Assembly (NCBI GenBank): GCA_041751055.1
Contig: JBGSYD010000037.1
Location: 182-64,181, forward strand
DNA length: 64,000 nucleotides
Direction of reading: 5' to 3'
DNA from: Acidimicrobiia bacterium
GTDB lineage: Bacteria; Actinomycetota; Acidimicrobiia; Spongiisociales; ZC4RG35
The notes under the pieces are model-generated. The model was not told the origin of the DNA, did not search any database, and saw nothing but the letters and a program-made list of their open reading frames with translations. Each line of letters opens with the position of its first letter. The stretch's first letter is position 1. A program made the position numbers and the translations under genes. Positions 47,225 through 56,396 of this stretch are shown here, in pieces.

Positions 47225-47415
47225 GCCAAAACCTTTCCCTCCGCTCTCCCTCCGCTCTCCCTCCGCTCTCCCTCCGCTCTCCCTCCGCTCTCCCTCCGCT
47301 CTCCCTCCGCTCTCCCTCCGCTTGCGGCAAGGAAACCCTTGGGGTTCCCGAGTACCCGAGCGCCAGCGAGGGGGAGGGTGGAAAGGTCCCAACAGCAAGG
47401 CTCGCGTGGGGACGC
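47225..47415. repeat. dispersed intergenic repeat element, copy B (inverted relative to copy A)
   Basis: The reverse complement aligns with 18391-18524 (core gttgggacctt.ccaccctccccctcgctg.cgctcgggtact plus agcggagggag units). Confidence 0.7.
47237..47323. repeat. perfect 11-nt tandem repeat (CCCTCCGCTCT) x about 7.9
   Basis: Seven exact units plus one partial unit. The complementary strand is GGAGGGAGAGC repeats (G-tract every 11 nt). Intergenic, between ispD and the ArsR gene. Confidence 0.9.
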
Positions 47416-47490
47416 TACCTCCACACCCGCGCCGCAGGCGGGCGAGAAACCATCCTTGACAAATGGTCGGGAATAGTCGACCATACGGGA

Positions 47491-48078
47491 ATGGCCGACC
47501 GTTCGTCACCAGACTATGAACTCGAGGAGACGATGCCGCTTGAGACGATCGAGCAGTTCAAGGCTCTTTTCGCCGAAACGCGGTTGCAGATTGCCGACCT
47601 GCTGCTGGAACGGGCGGCAACCACCTCGGAGATCGCTGAGACACTTTCCAAACCTAAAGGCACGATCGGACACCACATGACTGTGATGGAAGAAGCCGGT
47701 CTGATCCATGTGGTCCGGACTAAAAAGGTACGGGCCATCGAGGCCAAATACTACGGTCGAGTCGCCCGAACCTTCCTCCTCGAGTCCAAACTCGACGTCG
47801 ACGTCGAAGCAAGCCCCGACTTCTTTCTCACATCAGCCGCCGCCGAATATGGCAAAGCGGCCGCTCAGTTCAAGGTTGACGGAGAACAGCCCATGATGAG
47901 CACCCTCCGCTACGCCCGGATCCCCAAGGAACGTTCCCACGAGTGGGTGATGAGATTGTCGGAGCTGACTCAGGAGTTCGCCTCGGAACTCAGGGGCGGC
48001 GAGACGACTTATGGTCTGCTTGTGGCGTTATATCCGACCGATCGTCCCCATCTTCCGGATGAAGGAGTCGGCGAATGA
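47491..48078 (+). CDS. ArsR-family winged-helix transcriptional regulator
   Basis: IADLLLERAATTSEIAETLSKPKGTIGHHMTVMEEAGLI HTH; 4-nt overlap with the downstream MFS gene. Confidence 0.7.
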   Translation: MADRSSPDYELEETMPLETIEQFKALFAETRLQIADLLLERAATTSEIAETLSKPKGTIGHHMTVMEEAGLIHVVRTKKVRAIEAKYYGRVARTFLLESKLDVDVEASPDFFLTSAAAEYGKAAAQFKVDGEQPMMSTLRYARIPKERSHEWVMRLSELTQEFASELRGGETTYGLLVALYPTDRPHLPDEGVGE

Positions 48079-49436
48079 AGGAAAAGCTCGGCGCTAACTA
48101 CTGGAAGCTGTGGACCGCTTCGGTGATTTCGAACTTTGGAGATGGGGTTGCGTTGATCGCCTATCCGTGGCTGGCCTCAGCGGTAACGAGGAATCCGTTC
48201 CACATCGCCATGGTTGGTGTTGCCACCCGACTCCCCTGGCTCATCTTTTCGCTTCCGGCCGGTGTCATCACCGATCGAGTCGACCGCCGCAGACTGGTCG
48301 GATCGATGGATGTTATCCGGTTCATCCTCACATTCGGCGTCGGTTTTGTGGTGCTGCTATCCCAGGGCCAACTGGCTTCAGTGGACGACATCGCCGCGGG
48401 CACAGCGACCGTTCCCGGCAACGCCACCCTTCTGTTGATTGTCATCTATGCAGCTGCATTGCTGCTCGGAGTCGCCGAAGTTCTGCGTGACAACTCGGCT
48501 CAGACGTTATTGCCCGCCATCGTCTCCAAGTCCAACTTGGAGAAGGCCAACGGCAGGCTCTGGGGTGCCGAAATGGTCATGAACTCCTTCGCCGGCCCAC
48601 CGGCAAGCGGCTTCCTTATCGCTGTGGCCTTCTCCCTCCCGTTCTTCGTGGATGCCGGAACGTTTGCCGTGGCGGCTGCACTCCTTTTCACGATTTCTGG
48701 TGACTTCAAGCCAAAACTGGATCCGGCGCAGTCCACCACCGGCAAACGATCCTTCACTGGCGAGCTCAAAGAAGGCGTGCGCTGGCTATGGGGCCACCCC
48801 CTTTTCAAACCAATGGCCATCGCACTTGGGATCATCAACGCACTCTTCATGATGGCGGGGTCTACGTATGTCCTATTCGTTCAAGAAATCCTCGAGCTGG
48901 ACGCGGCGCAATTTGGGCTCTTGATGACGGCAGGGGCTGCCGGAGGGGTCCTCGGCTCGCTCGTCGCCTCGAAGATCTCAGCGAGAATCGGGCAGGGAGC
49001 ATCGCTGTTCCTTTCCATCCTGGTTTCCGGGCTCACTTTGACTGTGACCGGCCTCACGTCGTCGGCAACCGTGGTTTGGGTCATGTTCGCCATTCAATCC
49101 GTTTTCATCGTTCTGTGGAACATCATCACGGTTTCGTTGCGCCAGGCCCTGATTCCTGACAACCTCCTCGGTCGCGTCAACTCGGTATACCGATTTCTGG
49201 GGTGGGGAATGATGCCGATCGGCGCAATACTTGGCGGCGTGCTGGTTATCGCCATGGAACCTCTGTTCGGCCGCGAATGGGCCCTCCGGATACCTTTCTT
49301 GGTAGCCGCCGTCGTACATGCATTTCTTTTCGTCTACATGTTGCCGCGGCTCAACAGCAGCCGTATTGCCCAAGCCCGTCAAATGGCTGGCGATTCATCC
49401 GAACCGGCCATGGAGGAGCTCTCAGACGAGACCTGA
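48075..49436 (+). CDS. MFS transporter
   Basis: 453 aa, about 12 TM helices, MFS-type loop motifs. Confidence 0.85.
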   Translation: MKEKLGANYWKLWTASVISNFGDGVALIAYPWLASAVTRNPFHIAMVGVATRLPWLIFSLPAGVITDRVDRRRLVGSMDVIRFILTFGVGFVVLLSQGQLASVDDIAAGTATVPGNATLLLIVIYAAALLLGVAEVLRDNSAQTLLPAIVSKSNLEKANGRLWGAEMVMNSFAGPPASGFLIAVAFSLPFFVDAGTFAVAAALLFTISGDFKPKLDPAQSTTGKRSFTGELKEGVRWLWGHPLFKPMAIALGIINALFMMAGSTYVLFVQEILELDAAQFGLLMTAGAAGGVLGSLVASKISARIGQGASLFLSILVSGLTLTVTGLTSSATVVWVMFAIQSVFIVLWNIITVSLRQALIPDNLLGRVNSVYRFLGWGMMPIGAILGGVLVIAMEPLFGREWALRIPFLVAAVVHAFLFVYMLPRLNSSRIAQARQMAGDSSEPAMEELSDET

Positions 49437-49915
49437 TCGCCCGGTTCTTCGCCTCCGAGCACCCAAAAAGCCAGGGCCGATAGCGCTGCTGCAGCCAGCC
49501 CGAGCGCCATCCATCCCCAACCAGACGTGTTGTCGGACAGACCTCCTGACTCAGGAGTTGAAGACGTCGTGGACACAGCGTCGGACGGCAACGTCAAACC
49601 CAACTCTGCCAGCGTGTGCGGGGCGGATCGAACGGATTCAGCGCCAACGATCTCGAAGACCACCCGATAGTTGATCCGTGATACCTCGGTGCGAATGCCG
49701 AAAACGCCCGACTCTCGCTGCACCATGGGCAAAGTGATCGGATCGTTGCCGTCAAATGCGAGATGGGCAACCACTGTTTCCGCCGATTGACGGACTTCGA
49801 CACGCAATTCGATTTCCATGGCATTAGTAGACGTGGAGAACAATTCAGCGGAGGCGGCGCCAAACCCGGCACCGAGTTCAAGCGCGAGTAGAACTACTGC
49901 CAGGGGCTTTAGCAT
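49379..49915 (-). CDS. secreted/membrane-anchored hypothetical protein
   Basis: Signal peptide (MLKPLAVVLLALELGAGFGAASA), a globular 100-aa segment, Ser/Thr-rich linker and C-terminal TM. The 3' end overlaps the convergent MFS gene by 58 nt. Confidence 0.45.
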   Translation of the reverse strand: MLKPLAVVLLALELGAGFGAASAELFSTSTNAMEIELRVEVRQSAETVVAHLAFDGNDPITLPMVQRESGVFGIRTEVSRINYRVVFEIVGAESVRSAPHTLAELGLTLPSDAVSTTSSTPESGGLSDNTSGWGWMALGLAAAALSALAFWVLGGEEPGDQVSSESSSMAGSDESPAI

Positions 49916-50008
49916 TGCAATTGAGGGTAGACCACCTACGATTCGCCGAGCATTGGGAGGGTCACGCGCCAGATCGCTGAGAGAACGCTTCGACGTTAAC
50001 GCAGGAGG

Positions 50009-52618
50009 GTGGCCTTGCTGAGGACGCCGCCCTTCCGTAAAGCTCCTCGTCTCCTGTTCTCGCGGCCTGCAGTCCTTATCGCCGTGATCGGAGCAACCGC
50101 GATTCTCGGCATGGTTGCCGCGCTAACTCCTCTCTTCCTCTCATCTGCATCCAGTGCAGCTCTGCAACGTGAGCTCGAAGGTCGGTGCCCGGCTTCATTT
50201 GCCGGGCACACTGCGAACTTCGCCCCAATACCCGAGGCCAGAGAGACATTGACGGATCTGACGAGCGGAGACCCGAGCTTTTCGGCTCCGAGAATCTATC
50301 TCGAAGGTGGGTTGGTAACCGCGTCGAATACTGATGGTGGGGGACTCAGCATCCCGATTCGGTTTACAGGACGCGACGAATTCAGAGAACACATAGAGCT
50401 GATCGAGGGTGAGCACGGAGAAAACCCGTACATCGACGACGTCACGGCACGAGACCTCGATGCTCATCCCGGCGACACGGTCCAGTTCTTCGCCCAGGGA
50501 GATACATACGAATTCGAAGTCCAGGCCGTCTACCGAGGACTTTATGACCGGCTGGCAGATCCCTACTGGTGCCTCCTCGAAGACGTACTGGCTGTCACCA
50601 TCATGGGCGATCTCCAGCCGCCCCTGGTGCTGGTGGATTTCGACTACTTCAACGAAGAAAGCGATGTCTTCAGACGAGTCTTTGCCATGCGCCATGGAAT
50701 ATGGGAACTTCCGGTCCAGATCCATGGTCTGACTGTCACGGCCGCAAACGCTGCTGTGGCCGTCATGGAAGCCCCGAACGCCGACGAGCATGTCGACAAC
50801 TCCAGATTTGGAGAAGGTCTCTCCATCGGATCTGACCTTCCTCTGGTCACAAAACGAGTTCAAGCTCTCGGTGAAGCCCTGCAGTCATCAATTCTGCCAC
50901 TCGCTGCAGTCGTCCTGCTCGCCGCCATCGCACTCGTTGGCGGCGCCGGCTCCTATTGGGTGGATCGTCGAAAAATCGAACTTCAATATCTGTCCACGTG
51001 GGGAGCCGGGTCTTCCGCCATCGCCTCAAAGGCAGTCCTCGAGTTCTTGTTCCCGACTCTCATCGGCGGCGTCCTGGGCTGTGGTCTGGCCAACGTCGTG
51101 ATTCCGCTCATTGGGCCTTCGACCGATGTCGAGGTTTCGTCCCGGATCGCTTCGATCTGGGTGACCGGTGGTGCTCTCCTCGTGGCACTGGTGGCAGTCG
51201 CGGCCGTTGTCGGAATGAGGTCTCGCACTCTTCTCGATCACGCCCCGCATTCGAGGGCCAGCATGCGATGGCGAATCCCACTGGCGGTTCTCGCCGTGGC
51301 CGGAGCCGTTTTGGTGCGACGCGCGATCGGTGAATCGGCGGTGGTCACCGAGGAAAACCAGCTAGTCGGATCCGTTGACCCTCTGGTGCTGTTCCTGCCG
51401 TTGCTGACATTCATTGCCGCCGTCTTGATTGTGGCCGAGCTGGTTATCCGTCTCTTTCCTCTTATCCGCAGAGGCGGCGCAAGAGGGCACGCCGCGTTCC
51501 TCGCCTCACGCCGGATTGTCAGCGCACCGACCCTGGTTATCGCCCTGATCGCTGGAGCGGCATTGCCCGTGGCCACGCTCATTTACGCATCGTCCTTGAC
51601 TAGATCGGCAACGTCGACCATCGATGCCAAAGGCAAGACATTCATCGGAGCCGACATCGCAACGCCCGTTTTCGACCTGATCGAGCCTCCGGGGACCCTG
51701 GCTCCCGTCTCCACCGTCGTTATCAAGACCGAGCGGGCCGAGCTGAACGGCGAGACGGTCGACGTTCTGGCTATCGACCACGACACGTTCGGACTTGGGG
51801 CATTCTGGGAGGAAGAATTCGCATCCGTGCCCTTGCAGACCATCCTCGACGGAGTCCATGGAGATAGCGACGGACCACCACTGGATGCGTACATCGCCAA
51901 TGGACAAGCCTCCAATGGTGACCTCGAGGCCGCGAGGGGAACGGCAAGCATTCGAATCGTCGGTGAACTCGACACCTTTCCCGGCTCACGGCGGAGTCGC
52001 CCTCTGCTGATCGTCGACCGGGATCGGTTCGTCAACACATTTGCCGACTCGGAGGGCCGGCTGCTCGGAAGTCGCTATTTGCTATGGACTCTGGATCGAA
52101 CTGAGACGGAAGTCGAGACCGAGCTCGCCCAGGCCGGGTTCGGATATGCATTCACAACTGCAGCGACGACCACCCTCGACCAGCTGCGATTTGCTGCCCT
52201 GGTTTGGACCTTCGACTTCCTGGAGATCTATTCCGCACTCGCCGGGCTCATCGCCATTGGCGCAGTGCTCCTATACATTGACACGCGACAACGTGCCCGC
52301 AACCTGTCGTACGCGTTGGCCCGGAGAATGGGCTTGACCAGGAGGGAGCATCTCCTGGCAGGGGTTATCGAGGTGGGGTCACTGACAGTTCTCGGTGCAC
52401 TGGTGGGCATCGTGGCCGGACGGATCCCGGCCCGACAGCTATACCTGATACTTGATGCCGTTCAGGAGACGCCTCCCGCTCCACGGTGGGTGGGAGCCAT
52501 GAATGTTGCAATCATCGCAGTTATCGTCGCAGGGATAGTGTCTGTCCTGGCTGCCTTCCTTGCACAACGCACCGCCGACGGGGCCGACACATCGGAGTTA
52601 CTGAGACATGGCGAATGA
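50009..52618 (+). CDS. FtsX-family ABC transporter permease, large double-module type
   Basis: 869 aa; two sets of TM helices, each preceded by a large extracytoplasmic domain (YbbP/MacB-like architecture). Confidence 0.78.
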   Translation: MALLRTPPFRKAPRLLFSRPAVLIAVIGATAILGMVAALTPLFLSSASSAALQRELEGRCPASFAGHTANFAPIPEARETLTDLTSGDPSFSAPRIYLEGGLVTASNTDGGGLSIPIRFTGRDEFREHIELIEGEHGENPYIDDVTARDLDAHPGDTVQFFAQGDTYEFEVQAVYRGLYDRLADPYWCLLEDVLAVTIMGDLQPPLVLVDFDYFNEESDVFRRVFAMRHGIWELPVQIHGLTVTAANAAVAVMEAPNADEHVDNSRFGEGLSIGSDLPLVTKRVQALGEALQSSILPLAAVVLLAAIALVGGAGSYWVDRRKIELQYLSTWGAGSSAIASKAVLEFLFPTLIGGVLGCGLANVVIPLIGPSTDVEVSSRIASIWVTGGALLVALVAVAAVVGMRSRTLLDHAPHSRASMRWRIPLAVLAVAGAVLVRRAIGESAVVTEENQLVGSVDPLVLFLPLLTFIAAVLIVAELVIRLFPLIRRGGARGHAAFLASRRIVSAPTLVIALIAGAALPVATLIYASSLTRSATSTIDAKGKTFIGADIATPVFDLIEPPGTLAPVSTVVIKTERAELNGETVDVLAIDHDTFGLGAFWEEEFASVPLQTILDGVHGDSDGPPLDAYIANGQASNGDLEAARGTASIRIVGELDTFPGSRRSRPLLIVDRDRFVNTFADSEGRLLGSRYLLWTLDRTETEVETELAQAGFGYAFTTAATTTLDQLRFAALVWTFDFLEIYSALAGLIAIGAVLLYIDTRQRARNLSYALARRMGLTRREHLLAGVIEVGSLTVLGALVGIVAGRIPARQLYLILDAVQETPPAPRWVGAMNVAIIAVIVAGIVSVLAAFLAQRTADGADTSELLRHGE

Positions 52619-53270
52619 ACCATTGATCTGCACCGATATCAGGCGTGCCTATCAAACAGACGGAGATCTGGTCTGGGCCCTGTGGGACGTCAATATTGTT
52701 GCTCCGTCAGGAAAGATCACCGTCCTTGCCGGACCTTCGGGCTCGGGAAAATCAACTCTGCTCAGGGTCATGGCCGGCATCGATCAGCCCGATCAGGGAT
52801 CTGTGTCTATCGCGGGCTCGGAGATCACAGCAATGCGGCCGGCGCAAAGACGGCGTTTCCGCAAGGTTCACCTGGGATTCGTGTTCCAGGATCCGGCAGC
52901 CAACCTTCTTGGATACATGACGGTGCTGGAGCACATGGAAATGGCCGGCAAGCTCCGTGGTCGACGAACCGACGTCTCTCTTCTCGAACATCTGGAGATC
53001 TCCGAACTCGCCCAGGAGCTCCCCGCACACCTTTCTGCGGGCCAGCAACAACGGGTCGCTCTGGCAGCCGCCGTCACAGGCAACCCTGATGTCGTCCTCG
53101 CAGATGAGCCTACGGCTGAGCTCGACACCCAATCGGCAGGCCTTGCCGTCGAAACTCTCAGCCGGCTCCGCCAACTGGGAACCACGCTTGTCGTCACCAG
53201 CCACGACCCGGAGGTGGTTGCGGTGGCCGACGAAGTGATCCGCATCGAAAGAGGTGTGATCGTCTCGTGA
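52608..53270 (+). CDS. ABC transporter ATP-binding protein (subunit 1)
   Basis: Walker A GPSGSGKST, signature LSAGQQQR, Walker B VVLADEPTAELD, H-loop SHD; 11-nt overlap with the permease. Confidence 0.9.
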   Translation: MANEPLICTDIRRAYQTDGDLVWALWDVNIVAPSGKITVLAGPSGSGKSTLLRVMAGIDQPDQGSVSIAGSEITAMRPAQRRRFRKVHLGFVFQDPAANLLGYMTVLEHMEMAGKLRGRRTDVSLLEHLEISELAQELPAHLSAGQQQRVALAAAVTGNPDVVLADEPTAELDTQSAGLAVETLSRLRQLGTTLVVTSHDPEVVAVADEVIRIERGVIVS

Positions 53271-53899
53271 ATCCCGTGATAGCGATTGATCAGGTAACGA
53301 AGACCTTCCAACGCGGAGACACTCGAATTGTGGTCCTGGACCAATTGGTCGCCTCAGTTCAGCCGGGAGAAGTCGTCATCATTAGGGGTCGGTCGGGTTC
53401 GGGCAAAACCACGCTGTTGAACCTTCTCGCCGGCTGGCAGGTACCCGATTCCGGCGAACTCAAATGGTCGATTCCATCGCCAGAGCTATGGGAGAACGTC
53501 GCCGTTGTGCCCCAATCACTTGGTCTTCTGCCCGAACTGACCCTCGGTGAGAATATCGCTTTGCCCGGCCGCCTTGCTGATGAACCAAGCGACGTAGCCG
53601 CAATCGCCGGCCGCCTCGAGATATCGCATCTACTCGATCGGCCGACGACCGGTGCCTCACTGGGCGAACAGCAGCGTGCTGCCATCGCACGAGCCCTGAT
53701 CCGGAGGCCCTCGCTGCTCCTCGCCGACGAACCGTCCTCACATCAAGATCTGGAGAGGCTCCATCTTGTGTGGCGAATGATCTCGGAGACTGCAGCCTCA
53801 GGGACGGCGGTCATCGCGGCGACTCACGATCCCGATGGATTCGAATACGCCGATCGCATCCTCGATCTGACGCGGGGAAAGCTCGTTCCCGGGAAGTAG
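53267..53899 (+). CDS. ABC transporter ATP-binding protein (subunit 2, variant signature motif)
   Basis: Walker A GRSGSGKTT, signature variant ASLGEQQR, Walker B LLLADEPSSHQD, H-loop ATHD; 4-nt overlap with subunit 1. Confidence 0.85.
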   Translation: MNPVIAIDQVTKTFQRGDTRIVVLDQLVASVQPGEVVIIRGRSGSGKTTLLNLLAGWQVPDSGELKWSIPSPELWENVAVVPQSLGLLPELTLGENIALPGRLADEPSDVAAIAGRLEISHLLDRPTTGASLGEQQRAAIARALIRRPSLLLADEPSSHQDLERLHLVWRMISETAASGTAVIAATHDPDGFEYADRILDLTRGKLVPGK

Positions 53900-54670
53900 T
53901 CAGCCAATACCGAGCATCAGGTCGGGCCGATCGGTCACAATGGCGTCCACTCCCATGCCAAACAATCGCCGGGCCTGGTCAACGTCGTTGACCGTCCACA
54001 CATGGACCTGGAGGCCGGCAGCGTGGGCCACATCGACCAACTTTTGATCAACCAGCCGCAATCCCCGCATCTGCAATGGCAATTGGAGAGCGCTCGGCCC
54101 GCCGCCGCCCGGCATGCCTATTCGTGATTTCATCAGCCATCGCCTCGACAGGTCGGCACCGGTCGAGGTCGCTACCTCGCCATCGGTCAACGCCCGGAAT
54201 CGCTCAATCCGATCATCGGAAAAAGAACCCACGATCAGGCGCGGCCCAAGCCCGGTCTTCCGCACGAGGGCTGCGAACGGTGCAACGACCGAGTCCTCTT
54301 TCATGTCGACCACGATCGCGACCTGCGGGAAGCTGAAGGCCACCTCCTCGAATGTCGGAACCTTGTTGCCTTCGCCCCGGTAGGGGTACTGGCTCCCTTG
54401 CCGATGCCGGTACCCGGCATCGAACCGGGCGACCTCGTCCGCCGAAAAGGAGGAAAGCGCGCCAAAACCGTCGGTGGTCCGGTTGACGGTGTGGTCGTGA
54501 AGACAGAACACGGTGCCGTCGGCAGAGACGCGGATGTCGGTTTCAACGTGTTCGACCCCTAGAGAGATGGCCGATTCGAAAGCCATCATTGTGTTTTCGG
54601 GCCACAATTGCCGACTTCCCCTGTGGGCGATGACTGTTGGTGGGCGCCAGAGGGAGGTGTCGAGTTTCAC
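53900..54670 (-). CDS. glycerophosphodiester phosphodiesterase
   Basis: VIAHRGSRQLWPENT and HVETDIRVSADG...CLHDHTV motifs of the GDPD family. Confidence 0.85.
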   Translation of the reverse strand: MKLDTSLWRPPTVIAHRGSRQLWPENTMMAFESAISLGVEHVETDIRVSADGTVFCLHDHTVNRTTDGFGALSSFSADEVARFDAGYRHRQGSQYPYRGEGNKVPTFEEVAFSFPQVAIVVDMKEDSVVAPFAALVRKTGLGPRLIVGSFSDDRIERFRALTDGEVATSTGADLSRRWLMKSRIGMPGGGGPSALQLPLQMRGLRLVDQKLVDVAHAAGLQVHVWTVNDVDQARRLFGMGVDAIVTDRPDLMLGIG

Positions 54671-54731
54671 AGGTAAAAAGTAGTGGGCCCCGTATTTCTA
54701 CGGGGCCCACCACGTCACGATTTGTGCTTTG

Positions 54732-55025
54732 TTACTGAGCTACTCGGTCCTTGAGACCTTTCGCTGCCGAGAAGTGGGCGTACTTCTTGGCGGGAATGGT
54801 GATCGTGGCTCCTGTGGCCGGATTGCGTCCCTGGCGCTCCGAACGGTGCTTCAGCGTGAAGTTGCCGAAGCCGGTGATGTTGACCTTGCGGCCGGCATCG
54901 AGCTCAACAGCGATGATTCCATCGCCGTCCTTCGTAGAAAAGATGTGCTCAACGATCTCTGCGGCCTTGGCCTTGGAGATGTCTGCCTTCTTGGCCAGCT
55001 TGTCAGCCATTTCAGACTTGTTCAC
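54732..55025 (-). CDS. hup: HU family DNA-binding protein (no C-terminal basic tail)
   Basis: 97 aa; MNKSEMADKLAKKADISKAKA...ITGFGNF...RNPATG HU/IHF fold signature. Confidence 0.9.
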   Translation of the reverse strand: MNKSEMADKLAKKADISKAKAAEIVEHIFSTKDGDGIIAVELDAGRKVNITGFGNFTLKHRSERQGRNPATGATITIPAKKYAHFSAAKGLKDRVAQ

Positions 55026-55146
55026 GGCCCCTCCTTAGGGTCGACGATTAGCGTCGTCGGTTGGCGACGATGATTCAACAATAGGCGAAAGGCAAGGGAT
55101 TCCTTGACATTCCGGCCGTAATGTAGGAGCAAGCAACTGGAGCAAC

Positions 55147-55929
55147 ATGAGCGTCACCTATGAACTCGACGGCGACCTGGCCATCATCACCCTGAATCGG
55201 CCGGACTCCTTCAATGCAATCACTGCCGATCTGGCGGCCAGTCTGGTCGGATCTTTGCGCCGTGCGGGCTCCGAATCCCGCGCGGCCATCATCACCGGGG
55301 CCGGTAAGGCTTTCTGCGCCGGAGCAGACCTCGGTGAGATCGCGGAGGGGTACGCCCATGGCGGCCCAAACCTCGGTGCCGTGCTGGACCATCACTTTCA
55401 CCCTGCGGTAAATGCCCTGATAGAAGCCTCGGTTCCGACGATCGCAGCGATCAACGGTGTGGCGGCGGGTGCCGGCCTCGGCCTCGCCCTTGCGTGTGAT
55501 CTCAGGGTCATCAGTCATGACGCCTTCCTGGTTTCGGCTTTCGCCGCAATCGGGCTGGCCCCGGACAGCGGGACCACCTGGTGGCTCCCCCACCACGTTG
55601 GAATCTCCAAGGCGCTGGAGATCACCATGACCAACTCGAAGGTCCCAGCCGAAGAGGCAGTGCGCCTCGGTTTGGCGATCGAGGCGGTCACAGCCGGCGA
55701 TCTGATGAGCACTGCGAGGGGTCGGGCAATGGCATTGGCTGATCTCGTGCCGGGCTCGCTTGTTGCCACTCGACGATTGATCAGAGAGGCGTCAGCGAGC
55801 ACCTTCTCGAATGCCTTGCGGGCAGAACGCGACGAGCAACACCGCTTGGGTCAAACCCCTGAACATGCCGAGGGAGTCGCCGCCTTTCTGCAGAAGAGAA
55901 AGCCCGACTATCGGAATCCTCGAGGCTGA
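55147..55929 (+). CDS. enoyl-CoA hydratase/isomerase (crotonase family)
   Basis: ITLNRPDSFNA...AIITGAGKAFCAGADL oxyanion-hole motifs. Confidence 0.85.
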   Translation: MSVTYELDGDLAIITLNRPDSFNAITADLAASLVGSLRRAGSESRAAIITGAGKAFCAGADLGEIAEGYAHGGPNLGAVLDHHFHPAVNALIEASVPTIAAINGVAAGAGLGLALACDLRVISHDAFLVSAFAAIGLAPDSGTTWWLPHHVGISKALEITMTNSKVPAEEAVRLGLAIEAVTAGDLMSTARGRAMALADLVPGSLVATRRLIREASASTFSNALRAERDEQHRLGQTPEHAEGVAAFLQKRKPDYRNPRG

Positions 55930-55935
55930 GAGGCG

Positions 55936-56343
55936 TCAGTTACGGACGATGTAGACCTCAAGTGTCAAACGACCCGAGTCGCCTTTGCCGAGGGCAACGC
56001 CTATCTCGTTATTGAGCCAATTCAAATCTTCGTTTCCCGTCTCGAATACCAACAACTCGCGCGGGTTGGCCGATCGGTCAGGATTCGCGATCGACACTCC
56101 GGTCGCCCGGTAGGAAACCGAATCGCGTTTCTCGCCGATCACGCCGTGAATGTCGAGATCCATGTTGCCGTCGCTGCGGACTGTCACGTAGTCGATACCG
56201 GATACCGGACGTTCGCCCTCCCAATGTTCCGAGGTTGCCGAACCTGAAAACGGAAAGTCGATTCGCATTCCCGCGGGCGTATCCCCGATGATCTTCATAT
56301 CGAGATCAGCGGTGATCTCACAGAATTTCTCCAACTGTGGCAT
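55936..56343 (-). CDS. small beta-rich hypothetical protein (DUF3237-like, uncertain)
   Basis: 135 aa, no TM; pattern reminiscent of DUF3237. The assignment is from memory only. Confidence 0.4.
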   Translation of the reverse strand: MPQLEKFCEITADLDMKIIGDTPAGMRIDFPFSGSATSEHWEGERPVSGIDYVTVRSDGNMDLDIHGVIGEKRDSVSYRATGVSIANPDRSANPRELLVFETGNEDLNWLNNEIGVALGKGDSGRLTLEVYIVRN

Positions 56344-56396
56344 TCAAAACCCTCGCTCGTTTGACCAGGAGCGCAACGCTAGCGTGGAATCCAGCC

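Noticed and set aside
53267-53899. Initial impression that the second ABC ATPase is catalytically degenerate
   Set aside because: On inspection Walker A, Walker B (with the catalytic Glu) and the H-loop are intact; only the signature is mildly variant (SLGEQQR). It is therefore described as a distinct heterodimer partner, not a dead subunit.
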